Below are positions 38,299-51,312 of a DNA stretch of 64,000 nucleotides, piece after piece. The translations under genes were made by a program, and so were the position numbers. The first letter of the stretch is position 1, and each line of letters begins with the position of its first letter. The notes below the pieces were generated by a model. The model had not been told where the DNA came from and ran no database searches. It saw only the letters and a program-made list of their open reading frames with translations. The DNA comes from Antedon mediterranea (Eukaryota; Animalia; Echinodermata), in NCBI RefSeq assembly GCF_964355755.1, contig NC_092679.1, positions 12,259,432 through 12,323,431 of the forward strand. Reading direction: 5' to 3'.

Positions 38299-39003
38299 CT
38301 TCGTTTTTTAATCGAATTTGAAGTAACTACTCGAACTACGACTTTTTCAACTCCTCACTTTTCTTAGGATGTTTACCCTGTCTTGATAACGAAGTAATCT
38401 TGCATGGATTACTCTCGGTTTTCCATCTTGTTTAGGCTTGCTGGGTGCACTTTTATGTTGTTTATGAAATGGTTAAAAGAGCTATTGGGAGGCCTAATAG
38501 ATAATACCAACAATACTAGTTTTGGTAGATTTTGTTACCGTAGGCGTCCATCATAAATAAATTACAAATTTTGTAGATACTGATGTTCCTTTATTTATTC
38601 TCTGAACTATCTCTTGTATCTCTACAGATTACAGTATCATTAGCAACTTGAATAAACACCGTGAAAACTTGTAGCCTTATTGGAGCCTATGGTAAAGATA
38701 CTTTTAACAATGATTATCTCTAAACATTATGTCATAACAAAATGTCTTATTCTCTCTTATCACTTTTTATCTATCTGAACTCTAGAGGGCCTCCTGTAAG
38801 TAGGCTGCAGTTACACTCCCACCCAAATCATCTATGATTTAACCTTAACTCCCACCCTTGCCAGAATAAACACAAGTAATGCAAAACTGGAAGTATATTA
38901 ACAATATTTACCAAAACTATAAAGAATAAGTTAACAGTTTGTATTTTTGAATTCTTTTCGTTCACTTGTTGAAGCTCGACTTTTATATTTACAATTTGTT
39001 CCT

Positions 39004-39768
39004 TTAATTCTTTTCCTTGATTTTCAATCCAATTTTATTCCGATTCTGCTCCGTCGATACCTTCTCTTCAGATATATCATTTATTCCTTTGAAGAGCTTT
39101 TTCGTTTCCTCCTCTAGCATAATCTCATGCTTTTCAGTTAATTCATCTGTGATTTTCTTTGTAACAGCTTCAATCTCTTCTGCATGAGATTCTGCTAACT
39201 GCTGTCGAATGTTCTGGAATTCTTGAACAAATTCGTTCTCTTTGTCCGATTTTTCAGTACAGAATTGAACCTTGAAATGGTCTTCAACTTCTTCTACTTT
39301 GGGTTTCATTTTGCGATCAATTTCAGCAACAACTTCAGAACGCTGTTGGTTTAATGCAATGCGATGGATATCTTCTTGATGGGCACTTTCATCTTCAAAC
39401 CTTTTCCGATATTCATTTTCCAATCTTTCTTTTTCATCAATAAACTGGGTAACTCTTTCATCTAACTCTGAAGTTTTTCTTCTGCATTTCTTGGTCATCA
39501 AGCTCTCGATGAAGTTGCAAATTTACATCTTCTTTTTTTCCATTTTCTCTGTTAGTTCCTTGTTGTGATTATTAAGAAGTGCAACTTGATCTTCGAAGTT
39601 TTTTTGGATGTTCTGACAAGCCTCCAAGTCCATCTCTTTCTCATCTAATTGGTCTTGGAGTTCCTTTAAATTCTGTTCTAATGCATCTCTAATTTTGTTA
39701 TTAGTTTCAGCATCTTCTTCACATTTCTTTTGCAATTCTTGCATTTCATTCTGGTGTCTTTCCTGCAG
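39004..39768 (-). pseudogene. Continuation of the Gag frame: E/K/Q-rich coiled coil broken by a TAG and two compensating frameshifts
   Basis: ORFs 39769, 39523 and 39004 share one frame; ..MIKS*LQERHQNEMQELQKK; the alternative frame DVNLQLHRELDDQEMQKK bridges two A-runs. Confidence 0.7.
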
Positions 39769-41865
39769 CTATGACTTAATCATAACAATTTGTCGTCCAT
39801 AAGTCTCATCAAGTTCTGCATGTAGTAAAGCCAATTGTTCACTAATGTTAGGTGGATTAGACGCTACAACCTGTTGAAGTTGTTTGTTCATATAAGCAAG
39901 TTCGTCATCTGATTTCCTTTTAACCAGATCTCTTTCTTCTTTAATTTCTGCTAACTCATCATTTTTCTTAGCATACTTTGTGGCTAAATCCTGCAATAGT
40001 GTCTCTTTCTTAGTGACAGTCTCTTGTAACTTGATAACCTGCATTTGTGCTTCAGTCATCTCGTGAGCTGAATCTCTCTCGTTTACATGTAGACTTGTTG
40101 GATGTCTCCTTTGGCAAATTTTACAAATACATTTCTGGTTACAGTTCCTTGACACATGGCCATGTGGTAAGCAGCTGAAGCATAGACCATTTTGCTTGAT
40201 GTATTGCTGTTTTTTGGTTTCAGGTTTTCTGGCAAACGCTCTGCAGTCACTTAGGTGATGGTTATTCATTTTACACATGAAGCATGATGGCATTCCACTG
40301 ATACTGGTGGCTAGCGTTTGAGATTGGTTTCGATATCTTGAACTTTTTTCTGTGAATTTTGTTTCATTTTCTGGTATTAAGGTAACAGGATCGCAAACAA
40401 TTTCAGCTTCGGTCGTTAAAAATGTGGAAAAGTCATTGAATGTTGGATAACTACCCTTGATTTGCATAGCGCTCACTGCGTTTCTTCGCCATCTATTCAC
40501 TAACCAATCTGGTAATTTTTGAAGAATTTTCCGATTTTCTCTGCTGTCATTAAGAACTTCCAAGCCTTTCATTTCCTTCATTGCTATGTTGCATTGGTTC
40601 AGAAAGTCAGAGAGTCGCCTAAGGCCATTGTAATCTCTTGCTTGAATCCTTGGCCAGCTGTCTAATTTGTCTCTAAATGCTTCGGAAACTATAAATGGAT
40701 TTCCATATCTTTTTTCTAAAACTGCTTTAGCGTTTTCATAAGCATGTTCACCTTGTAGCAGAAGGTATCCACTGACAACTTCCTTTGCTGGGCCTCCTAT
40801 GTATCTCTTAAGGTAGTGAATTCTGTCTGCTTTAGAAATTCCTTTATTTTCGATTAAACATCTAAAGGATGCGTTCCAATCATAGTACTTAAGAGGATCG
40901 CCATCGAATATTGGTGGCTCTGGTGCTGGTATGCGGTTCATACTGAAGGCTGAAGAAAAGGCTTCTGCTAAAGCGTTTAAGTCTGTGGTACTGCTAGATT
41001 GATTTTGAGGCATTGTCGGTTGGGTTGTTGTTGCTTGTGTCTGTGTCATTAGAGGTTGAGGTTTGGTTAGGTTGCGAAACCTTAGTGCATGATCATTTGA
41101 GGTTTGGTGTGGTGTGGTCATAATTTCTCGATATCCGTTCTGAATTTCCTGTTGAATTGCATCAACTCGTGCATTCTCTACAGCTGCAGCTTGTTTAGCC
41201 TCTAAAACTTTGAACTCTGCTTCAGCTTTGGCATGTTCTGTTCTTTGCTGTGCTTCCCGCCTTATTTCTTCAAGCCTTGCTTCTGCTTTCTTAATTTCCA
41301 TTTCAGCTTCCTTTGCTGTAAGGTCTGCTTTCTGTTTAGCCATTTTTTCAGCAAATTGAGCAGTTTTGTTGGCTGCAGCAGCATTCGCCACGGCTTGAGC
41401 TTTAATGCTAACAATAGATCGACATGAACTCTTTGATGCTGCAGATTTTGAGGCTTGACACTCAAGGGCTAATGCATGTGCCTTATCCATAGCACTTGTT
41501 ATACTAGCTTTGATGGAGTTGGCAATGGTGAGATATATGTTCTCATTCTCCAGGTGATCTTTGCGATGAATACCATCTCTATCTTGTGCATACAATTTAT
41601 TCAATACGCACCAAGCATCACTATATTCCTTTAATGCAGCTTTAGCTTTGCATAATGCAGTTTGTATCTCAAATACGTCGCTTGGAACATCTTCTAGTTC
41701 ACTTGATGCTTCTTGAGCCTTTCTCTGAGTTTGACTCAACAGTTTTACTTCAGTAGCAATGCTAATTGACAGGTCCTTATCTGTAGGGCGTCTCTCACTT
41801 TGTTCTTTTAGATTCATTGAGTTTTCATCAGCTAAGTTTTCACTGTTACCGTAGGCGTCCATCAT
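39769..41865 (-). CDS. BEL/Pao Gag (capsid-like region + three Zn knuckles) running into coiled coil
   Basis: PEPPIFDGDPLKYYDW..F..LI, HYLKRYIGGPAKEVV, LPDWLVNRW; CFMCKMNNHHLSDC, CFSCLPHGHVSRNC, CKICQRRHPTSLH. Confidence 0.9.
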   Translation of the reverse strand: MMDAYGNSENLADENSMNLKEQSERRPTDKDLSISIATEVKLLSQTQRKAQEASSELEDVPSDVFEIQTALCKAKAALKEYSDAWCVLNKLYAQDRDGIHRKDHLENENIYLTIANSIKASITSAMDKAHALALECQASKSAASKSSCRSIVSIKAQAVANAAAANKTAQFAEKMAKQKADLTAKEAEMEIKKAEARLEEIRREAQQRTEHAKAEAEFKVLEAKQAAAVENARVDAIQQEIQNGYREIMTTPHQTSNDHALRFRNLTKPQPLMTQTQATTTQPTMPQNQSSSTTDLNALAEAFSSAFSMNRIPAPEPPIFDGDPLKYYDWNASFRCLIENKGISKADRIHYLKRYIGGPAKEVVSGYLLLQGEHAYENAKAVLEKRYGNPFIVSEAFRDKLDSWPRIQARDYNGLRRLSDFLNQCNIAMKEMKGLEVLNDSRENRKILQKLPDWLVNRWRRNAVSAMQIKGSYPTFNDFSTFLTTEAEIVCDPVTLIPENETKFTEKSSRYRNQSQTLATSISGMPSCFMCKMNNHHLSDCRAFARKPETKKQQYIKQNGLCFSCLPHGHVSRNCNQKCICKICQRRHPTSLHVNERDSAHEMTEAQMQVIKLQETVTKKETLLQDLATKYAKKNDELAEIKEERDLVKRKSDDELAYMNKQLQQVVASNPPNISEQLALLHAELDETYGRQIVMIKS

Positions 41866-42139
41866 AAATAAATTACAAATTTTGTAGATACTGATGTTCC
41901 TTTATTTATTCTCTGAACTATCTCTTGTATCTCTACAAATTACAGTATCATTAGCAACTTGAATAAACACCGTGAAAACTTGTAGCCTTATTGGAGCCTA
42001 TGGTAAAGATACTTTTAACAATGATTATCTCTAAACTTTATGTCATAAAAAAATGTCTTATTCTCTCTTATCACTTTTTATCTATCTGAACTCTAGAGGG
42101 CCTCCTGTAAGTAGGCTGCAGTTACAGATTTGTCCTCTG

Positions 42140-42480
42140 AATTTGGCACGATAGATCACGACATCCTTGTCAGTCATTTGTAGAGGGAATTTGGTATTAC
42201 TGGCTCTGTTTACATTGGGTAACTAGCTACCATCAAGACCGTTATAGTAGAGTTGGTGAACTTGGTGAATACTCTAGAAACCATATTTTCCAGTACGGTG
42301 TTTCTCTGAGGGGTCTATGGTTGAACCTCTTATTTTCACTGTGTATGATCAACCTATCGCTGATATTATTAAGCGTTTTGATGTAGCTTATCACATATAT
42401 AATACGCTGACGATACACAATGTATGTCAGTTTTGATCATAGGTCGGAGGATGGTTTATCGGCTGCTAAACACAAACTTA
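42140..42480 (+). pseudogene. Degraded L2-type RT fragment
   Basis: YGV..GS...PLIFTVY..PIADIIKRFDVAYH..YADDTQ across frameshifts. Confidence 0.55.
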
Positions 42481-43390
42481 TTGGGTGGAACATATCACAT
42501 GCTGTCGTGTAAACATGGTATATATTAAACTAATTAGTCATTTTGGCTGGTGGTCGTGGTACACCATGACTGAATTATTCAACATTTTGACTAATGTACG
42601 AGCATGTTTGAAGTTATGCTATATAAATAAATGAGTTATTAATGTGAATGGTTGTAAACATGTTCTGTTGTAGTATTCTTTGATAGTGGGTTATATTTGT
42701 GAGGTGTGTCTGAAATGGGGTTTTGTTAGACGACCATGGCATGATACTAAGGTGTATTAATCAGTTTCGGTAAACGAGCTCTGTGACGGATATAATAGAG
42801 GAATGAGAGTCAGCAAGGTTGGCAGTAATGCCAGACAATGCCGCCTCTCACTTTGTTGTTAAATAAAAACAGACCTAATCAGGCAGACGTTTCAGAATTA
42901 ACTAATAGTGAAATAGCCCATGTGGTGTACATATAAATGTGTACGAGGGTATGTGTGTTTCTGTACCGTAGGCTTTTGTCATGAAAGTAAAAAAGCACAT
43001 ACCACCTAAATCGAAACAAATAGATGTAGAAGTGAGAGGTACGCTTTCTTTCAAATTCTAAATCGAAATTTCCTTTTTCTAGACTGGATTATGAGTTATT
43101 GTTTGTATTGTTATGTCACTGATCATATCTAAGATAACTACTTTTGTATAAGGTTCGTATCAATAGACAAATGGTGTCTTGTACCACCATGGTACTAATA
43201 CAATTTATTACTGATTGTAAAGAGTCATTCACAATAGTTTCCTAGTCAGTAGAAAACTTCCTTCTAGACTTACTATAGGCAAGACAATTATATTTTTGTA
43301 TGAACATTTCAAAGAAACTTCACTTGTGCACTGTTAAAACAATTCTTGTAAAAAAACGGTAAATTACTTGCAATCTGGACGCCAGTAATT

Positions 43391-43661
43391 TACCGTAATG
43401 TAGAATTACAGGTACTGTTGAAAATAAAATACTGTAAAACTACAGTAAATTACTGTTGGTCATAAAGTCGGTTGTCTACCGCAATGTAGAATCACAGGTA
43501 CTGTTGAAAATAAATTACTGTAAAACTACAGTAAATTACTGTTGGTCATAAAGTCGGTTGTCTACCGTAATGTAGAATCACAGGTACTGTTGAAAATAAA
43601 TTACTATAAAACTACAGTAAATTACTGTTGGTCATAAAGTTGGTTGTCTACCGTAATGTAG
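43391..43661 (+). repeat. 86-bp tandem repeat x3 inside a probable DNA transposon remnant
   Basis: TACCGTAATGTAG recurs at 43391, 43477, 43563, 43649. Confidence 0.9.
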
Positions 43662-44024
43662 GATAGACTTGTGACATGAGTACTTCAACTATAGTGAAAG
43701 GAGTGGTGCAATTCTTCTAGAAAATCGTCATAGATTGGCTCTGTACGGTACAATTTAGAAAGTCAGACATCTAGTACAGTTCAGTTTTAAGTATTAATGT
43801 AAGTTGTGCAATTTATGTAACAGTAGGCCTACTTTTTTTCCAAACATTTATTGATATGATAGGTATAACTCTGAGTTTATTTTTCTTATTTCATACACAT
43901 CCAACAGCTAGCACAAACTCGCCAATCACAGAATGGATAAACTATTTAATAAATTATTGTGCCCTAAAACTAAGTCTTATTTGAGACTTAGGGAGTGGAG
44001 TTGAAAGAGTTGTGAGTTACAAAC

Positions 44025-44104
44025 CCTGCACTAGGTCCGGATTGAACCCCGGTCCTTGGGATTGGAAGGAAAGCACGTCAACCACCAAACTACAGCTCCA
44101 CTGC
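44025..44104 (-). mobile_element. tRNA-derived SINE head
   Basis: Minus strand TAGTTTGGTGG (box A) ... GGTTCAATCC (box B); another tRNA-like relic on + at ~46306-46375. Confidence 0.45.
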
Positions 44105-44758
44105 ATTGTATAATTGATACGCTAGATGACAGACAGGAAGAGAGTGGGGTTGAAATGGCTTGTTGCCGTTAATTTTACTTAGGCCTATATTACTTATACA
44201 ATCATGATGGAAACCGCCATCGTTTATTGTCGCAACAATAAACAAACAGATACAATTCTACTGTTTACTGTTTTCACTTTTAAATGACAGTTCTAGTAAC
44301 AGTACCTTTCATATTTTAACTTAATGGTTAACATTCAATTTGTTTGTTGGTTCTTTCCTCTGCAACCGTTCTCAGCTTTCTTTTCCTTGTGAAAAAGTAA
44401 ATATAATATTGTTCAATGAAGATCATCAATCATTCAAAAGGATAAATTGTCTTAATCAATGAGAATGAAAATGAAAAAATAATTTAAAACATTTTGACAA
44501 TGACGAATTCTCATAATTTGATAATATGTGTCCAGTATTATGCAAATTGGATGGTTCTTCCATGTTAGGTCCTCTAAAGTTAGTTTTGTATAGGTAAATT
44601 TAGCCTAAACATATAGGCGAATATTAAATTTAGTACTTTACTTTTTGATAAACTTCCGATAATGTTACTTTGCAAAACAAGATGAATTGATCCATAAACA
44701 GTTTATTTTAAATACAACAAATTACATTTTTCAGAAATGAAGACAGAAAACTGACAAT

Positions 44759-46524
44759 ATGGCAACAGGTAATGTTAAAGATTGAAAATAACTGATTTCA
44801 TCTTGCATACTACCAACATTTCAAATTAAATTTCTTTAAAATGTTCTCTTTTAAATAATTTTATAGATTTTACTGTGAATTTAGTGAACGTTTCAGGATG
44901 GTATGATGACCACAACCTCTTTCGACAGCTGAAAGTGTTATACCACGATTTAATTACAGTAGCGAACATAGACAAAGCCAAGAAAACAATAGACTTACTG
45001 CATCAATTAATGACATCAGGATATTTGAGTTCAGACAAGCCTTCGTTACTTTACGAAACAATCAAAGTAACTCAAACATTTGAAGTAATGAAAGTTGTCC
45101 AACAATCTTTCTTTGAAGATCAAGAAATCAAAATTACAACGTTCACTCCATATCGACACTGGATTTTAGATTTCGGAAATGGACTTACACAGGCTGATGT
45201 AGAAAACATTGATGCACTGTACAATGGTACTGCGCTAAAGAAATACCAAGATGCTTGGAGTATGATTTTGGATTTTGAACACAGACAAATACTTTGTGAA
45301 GACAAAATTGAAGAATTTATTACCAGTCTTAACAAAATTGGACTACACTCAAAGGTGGAATGCCTGACTAAAGGTATGTTGTAGGACAAAATTTGCAAAA
45401 CCATGTTTATTTGAGGAAAACTATGAAAATAGTGAAATCCACATTTTTTTCCGAATAGAAGTACCTAAATAATGTAACAAACAAATAAAACAACTTAAAA
45501 AAATTGTTTGTATAGTTTTCACATTGACCGACTGGCTTCCAACGTTTTATAATCTTCTTAATTATAATAATTACTAATGTTTAATGTGAATATTTCTGAA
45601 ATGGAAACATTGGAATTGTATTTTTATCAATGAAATGGATAAATGGTCTGAATTTATGATTCGAATGATAGACTTGTCATGAGGTAAAATATTAATCTAT
45701 TCTTATTATTTATTTATCAGGTCAAACAGTAGATAAATAAAAATAGACGTTTTTTCCACTCTATCACAGCTCACCTTTGGCATGGGCGTCTCTATTTGTC
45801 ATCGAATATGTTCGATTCAAATCTAAATTCTTTGATATTTTTTACGATTAACATTGGACGATCATAACAGTGGTGATGATATCGTGATTAGGGGATCTAG
45901 GATTCTAGCCTGAATTACGGTTCTGACGTGCTATAAAATACTAGTTTATAGTGTTTCAAAAAGAGCGACGTTTCGGAACCATCATGGAACCATTCTCAAG
46001 ATCAAAATGAGTAAAGAAATTATAGTAAATGTCTCTTAATTCGTTTTTGTATTGCATCGAGAACAGTTTAACACAAATAACATTTTCAGATGAGTATACC
46101 ACTAGTATGAACTTTTGCCAATGAGCTATGCTCGACGCGATTATGAGGTCATGTTCCGAATATGAGCACTGTTTCTATAATTTGACAGTATGATTTATAT
46201 ATAATTTACACAGTGCTACGCAACACAATTGATTTATATATTCCGTACCACGCCGAGAATGTTGAAGAGTCGCTATCCAATCGAGTTTGAACAATACCAT
46301 GAAAGCCCCAGTGATCTAATGGTTAGGACAGCTCAAGCAGGACGGTCCGAGTTCGAGTGGATCGGTTGGGGCGAATTTTTTCTCATTCTTACAGATTTCC
46401 TTATCGTTATCGTTTCAAATTAATTAATTATTATATTTATATTTTCTTCTTTGTTATTTAGCAGAGGAAGGGCCGAGAAGTATGCAAACAGAGAAAGTGC
46501 CGAGAAGTATGCAAACAGAGGAAG
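44759..46524 (+). CDS. Tandem death-effector-domain-like (death-fold) protein, exons 44759-44768, 44867-45373, 46465-46524
   Basis: Canonical splice sites, in-frame MAT|DFTVNL..; two helical units (LKVLYHDLI..DLLHQL..GYLSSDKPSLL; PYRHWILDFGNGLTQADVENI..WSMILDFEHRQILCED) resembling DED consensus; the third exon has a 27-bp internal duplication. Confidence 0.65.
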
Positions 46525-48040
46525 GTAATTTTATACTTTTATGATGATTTTGTTGGTTTATATACATATCATGTAACAGGACATAGACAGTTTAGGGAGA
46601 GAAAATCAGTAAGGGAGATAATAGCCGCCGGAAGTTTTTTTTAGGAATTACGAGGCAAAATAAAAATGTTCAGCAGAAGAGAAATCAAACCAAAGAAATT
46701 AGTAATAGATTTTAAAATGAAATGAAATTGGCAATGCAATTAGTAATTTGAAATGCAATTATTATTAATTAATAATCCCAAAATAATTCCATTTACCAAT
46801 TCAATTGTTAAATTCAAACCATAATCGTGCAGTTCAATAAAAAGAAAAAAGAAAAACTAATCGTCACAAAATCTCAATTCACTTCACATCCTAGGCAACA
46901 ACAAGTAAATTAAAAGTTAACAAGGACAGAGTACGCATATGACGATAACCTTCCTTTCATTCCTTATAATGCTATTCATGTTTAATCATTCAAAGTGGTC
47001 CATTTAAAATAATAACATTTCGATATATTTACATAAAGCTTGATCTAAAATTAGAAAAACGTCTTCTTGATAAATTACTTTTTAATTACGATAGTTTGAT
47101 TTACAAATTGGCATAACGCCGGGTGGTGTTTTCTCAATGTTTTTGATACATTTTGTAAATTATCAGATTTTAATTCTGTGATTCTGCGATTGACTTGTAA
47201 ATCTAGTCTACAAAAATGTAATTCAAATTTTAGAATAAGTAGGGCCTTTTCTGCTGCCAAGTAAATACCGTATATAATACGGTATTTTTTTAAATACCGT
47301 AAATGTTTGGATGCAGAAACAGCGCTCATAAAAAATATACCGTATTTTTTTATACCGTATGTTGAGTAGTTGCAGTAGAAACGAGTCCCGAGTCATTCAT
47401 GCATGTCAGAAATATTTTAATATTAGTTCACTCAATGTAGTCTGATATGACAATTTTTTTAATGATAGTGATACTTTCATAAAGGCCTACCGTATACGGT
47501 TAATTTTATTTTTTTACTATGAACTTATAAGAGAAATAAATTTTACTTTGATTGATTTATAAGTGCGTTACTAAAAAAATGAAATCTTTTTAGTGAAAAT
47601 GTTTAACACCTTATTTGCAATGTACTTAGCCTAAGTGCAAAGTAATGTTTACAATGAGAACATACCTTATTTTATTTATTTTTTTTTTTATCATTGTATT
47701 TCTATTTTTGTAAATGATAAATGTGTCTGTTAATTAACAAAAATGTATATACAAATGTATTATCATTGTTGCCTAGTTATTCACCAAGTTGTGGAAAAAA
47801 AAGTGAATACAATTTTAAGGGAAATATTTATTGAGTTAAATGAAATGAGAGATTGGTGAATACGGCCACTGGGCTCTATTTTTCCATTCTATTTCGGATT
47901 TGTGATAAATTTAGTTTTCGTTTTGCTGTCCTCTGTTGAGCATATTTTCAACTGAAGTTTTTTTTTATCTTCTGATTATCAAAAATTATGTTTGTCGCCC
48001 TCTATAAATCTAAATGTACAAATTAATACGTTATACTAAG

Positions 48041-49216
48041 CGTATCCGGACAACTACCCCCTAGACAATTACCACCCGGACAACTACCACCCGGACAATA
48101 ACCCCCTAGAACAACTACCACCCATCTACACATAATTAATTTTGTCAATACAGAATGAATTTTGTCTATACAGAATTAATTTTGTCAACACAGAATTAAT
48201 TTTGTCTACACAGAATGAATTTTGTTTACACAGCTCAGAATGAATTTTGTCAATACAAAATGAATTTTGTGTTGACTACCCCCTTAGGACAACTACCCCC
48301 TTAGGATAACAACCCCCGGACAACTACCCCCCGGACAACTACCCCCCGGACAAGTACCCCCTTAGGACAACTACCCCCTTAGGATAACTACCCCCCGGTC
48401 AACAATCCCCCGGTCAACTACCCCCTCCCCCGGACAACTACCCCCTCCCTTAGGACTATATTTATGTTCAATCTTTTACTTTTGTTTACAATAATGAATA
48501 GTAATTCGTCAAAGTAACGAATTAAAATATAGTTATTAATTCCTATTATACACTGTTGCAGAGTCAGGTTGTTGAATGGTCTGGGTGGTAGTTGTCCGTC
48601 CGGGGGGTAGTTGTTCTAAAGGGATAGTTGTCTGGGTGGTAGTTGTCCAGGGGTTAGTTGTCCTACGGAGGTAGTTGTCTTAAAAGATTATTTGCCCTCG
48701 GAGTATTGTCCAGGTCCAGAAGGTAGTTGTCCGCGGGGTAATTACCCGGAGGGGGGGGGGGGGTAATTGTCAGGGGGTAATTGTCCAGGGGTTAGTTGTC
48801 CTACGGAGGTAGTTGTCCTAAAAGATTATTTGCCCTCGGAGTATTGTCCAGGATCAGGAGGTAGTTGTCCTACGGGGAGTATTGTGTCAGAGGTAGTTGT
48901 CCGCGGGGTAATTACCCGGGGGGGGGGGGGTGGTAATTGTCCGGGGGGTAACTGTCAGAGGGTAATTTTTCTAAGGGGTTTTTTTCCGGGGGGTAGTTGT
49001 CCTAAGGGGGTTGTTGTCCTAAGGGGGTAGTTGTCCGGGGGGTATTTGTCCGGGGGGTATTTGTCCGGGGGGTAGTTGTCCTAAAGGGGTAGTTGTCCTA
49101 AGGGGGTAGTTGTCCTAAAGGGGTAGTTGTCCTAAGGGGGTAGTTGTCCAGGTGGTGGTTGTCCGTGGGGTAGTTTTCCGGGGGTAAATGTCAAGGGGGT
49201 GAATATCCGGATACGA
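48041..49216. mobile_element. Second copy of the GGACAACTACCCC foldback family, with a ~20-bp ACAGAATGAATTTTGT minisatellite insert
   Basis: CGTATCCGGA termini; core near-identical to ~32835-33000; no TSD found. Confidence 0.75.
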
Positions 49217-49299
49217 TTTGGATGCATGACAGTCATAATCACTGGAACTGTTGGGGGGTTTAGTTTTATAAACTGAAATCTATCAATTACATTCGAATT

Positions 49300-49576
49300 A
49301 TGAATAGTGGAAAAGAAACAAATGGAAACACAGACGTTGAGGCAAGCACTATTTCAATTTCAGGAACGGCAGACGATAATACACCGGCTGAAATAAGATG
49401 CCGGGCTATCAAACGTTTTGTTGTCGATGAAGATGTGGAGCAACAGGATACGTCGGCGTGCAAATCCTGGATTGACGAACATGTGTTCATTATTATAGGA
49501 GCAGTTATGTTAATATTAGTAGTTGTTGCAGTCTCTGTCACGTTGGGTCTTCTTTCCATTGAATCAAATTCCACTG
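49300..49576 (+). CDS. Exon encoding a single transmembrane helix (start at ATG 49300 or acceptor at 49364)
   Basis: HVFIIIGAVMLILVVVAVSVTLGLL; strong phase-1 donor G|GTAAGT at 49577. Confidence 0.6.
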
Positions 49577-51312
49577 GTAAGTACTTCTTGGCTTTCATCT
49601 TAGCTTCCTGCGACGCTTGAAACAAACATTTTTCCAGCCTCCTGCGTAAATGGTTCGTGCTTGGTACTATGATAAAGACCGTTTTGATCGTTATAATTAG
49701 TTTTTTCCTTAAAGTATAGCTCCCCCCAGCTCTTACGTTTAAGTGTGTGATTATACAAAAAAAATAGGAAATATGACTATTTCCCAACAACTCATTTCTA
49801 AAACGTCGGGCAGAAAATAGTGTTTTTTAATATATTACAATTTTTTCCAGTAACTTAAAGGAGAGGTTATTAGTTTACAATACGTCAATAAACGCGTTAT
49901 ACTTCGCGACGTACGAGTTGTGTTCGTGGTGAACGCATTGGTGTAATTTTTGGTTAATTAGGCCTAATGAATGCAAATTTTTAAGGCCCATGTGATATTT
50001 CTTCAGTATGTTTTACATATAACATTATGATTTGCACTGTACAACAGCATCATCTTAATTAAGTTGCTTATTAATTTTAAGCCAGCTTTCTACTTAGCCT
50101 AACTAGCTAGGCTTGGATCCATGTCTAGGCCTATATATTCATAAGTTCGAAAAGGCTTGGTCGTTTCGCCCTATTTATCGTTACTGGGTTTTCTCGCACA
50201 TTAATAATTTTGAAACACAAAATCATCTACAAACAAATTGTATTGTTCACATCACAAAATTGTTAAGTGACGTGAAAGAAAAAGAAAAATTGTTCAGGTA
50301 CCCTAGATCATGATGTGTAGTCCGAAGCTGGGTGGTTGCCATAACAAACTTCACTGCTGCTGTAAGGCCATCACAGCCTAGCTAAGCCAAGCAGCAGCAT
50401 CAGTACATACCTAGTAGGCCAAGGCCTAGCTTTATTGAATATATAGCCACGTCTTTCTAAGATCTCCTTAAAATAGACATTTTAGTAATTATCTCATAAT
50501 CACATCATTACACAGTGAAAACAATGTAGGATCACATCCAGAATGTTTACATATACTACTTTCCAACCGTCAAAAACTACATCGCGACGAGAACAGATCA
50601 CCGTGCAAGTGCAGTAGATAGTGTTATCGTGAAAAACTCACATGATCATTTTACTGCCTAAATTAATATAAAAAAATACCAATTGACCTTATTATATTGG
50701 TGGAAAATTTACGCAAAATTGCGCAAGGTATACTCAATAAAAAATACAGTAATGGAAAGATCTGGAAAAATTACATCAAAAACATTTTAAGATTTTTTCT
50801 AGTATCTTTAATTAGTTCAAGTGCGGCGTTTGAGGTCAGGTGTTTAGCACGAAACCCATATCGGTGGGTGTTTAAAATTTAAAATTTGGTTCGATAGTCA
50901 TTTTATATAGACTATTATGCATTGCCTGTTCAAAGATTTTTGAAAATACAGGTAACACTGATATCGGGTGGTAATTTATAATTTCATCAATGTTTCCTTT
51001 ATAGACAGGGATAATCTTTGCAATTTTTATTTTATCGAGAAAAATACCAGACTCAAAAGAAATATTTTTATTATGTGAGTTAGTGTCCCGCGACGCTGGA
51101 AACAAAGCTTTTTCCAGCCTCCTGCGTAAATGGTTCGTGCTTGGTACGTTTTGATCATTAGTTTTCTCCTTAAAGAAGAGATCCCCTCAAACTTTTATTA
51201 TGTTTAGAAAAGTTTAATTAAAGTGATTATACAAAAAAAAAAGGAAAAATATGGCAATATATTTAATAATATGGAAATAGTGCTTTTTAATATATTACAT
51301 TTTTTTCTGCAG

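Larger units (their letters stand above)
38533..42126 (-). mobile_element. Non-autonomous BEL/Pao LTR retrotransposon (gag only)
   Basis: 283-bp TGT..ACA LTRs at 38533-38815 and 41844-42126 (about 3 differences seen); 5-bp TSD GATTT; PPT-like GGGTGGGAG before the 3' LTR. Confidence 0.93.

Noticed and set aside
45955-46005. Penelope-type hammerhead ribozyme (minus strand CTTGAGAA...CGAAACGTC)
   Set aside because: The core resembles Penelope-like ends, but stems I and II do not pair convincingly; at most a decayed relic.
50872-51105. Host gene exon
   Set aside because: KIAKIIPVYK..NYHPISVLPVFSKIFE is a short LINE RT relic copied with the segmental duplication.
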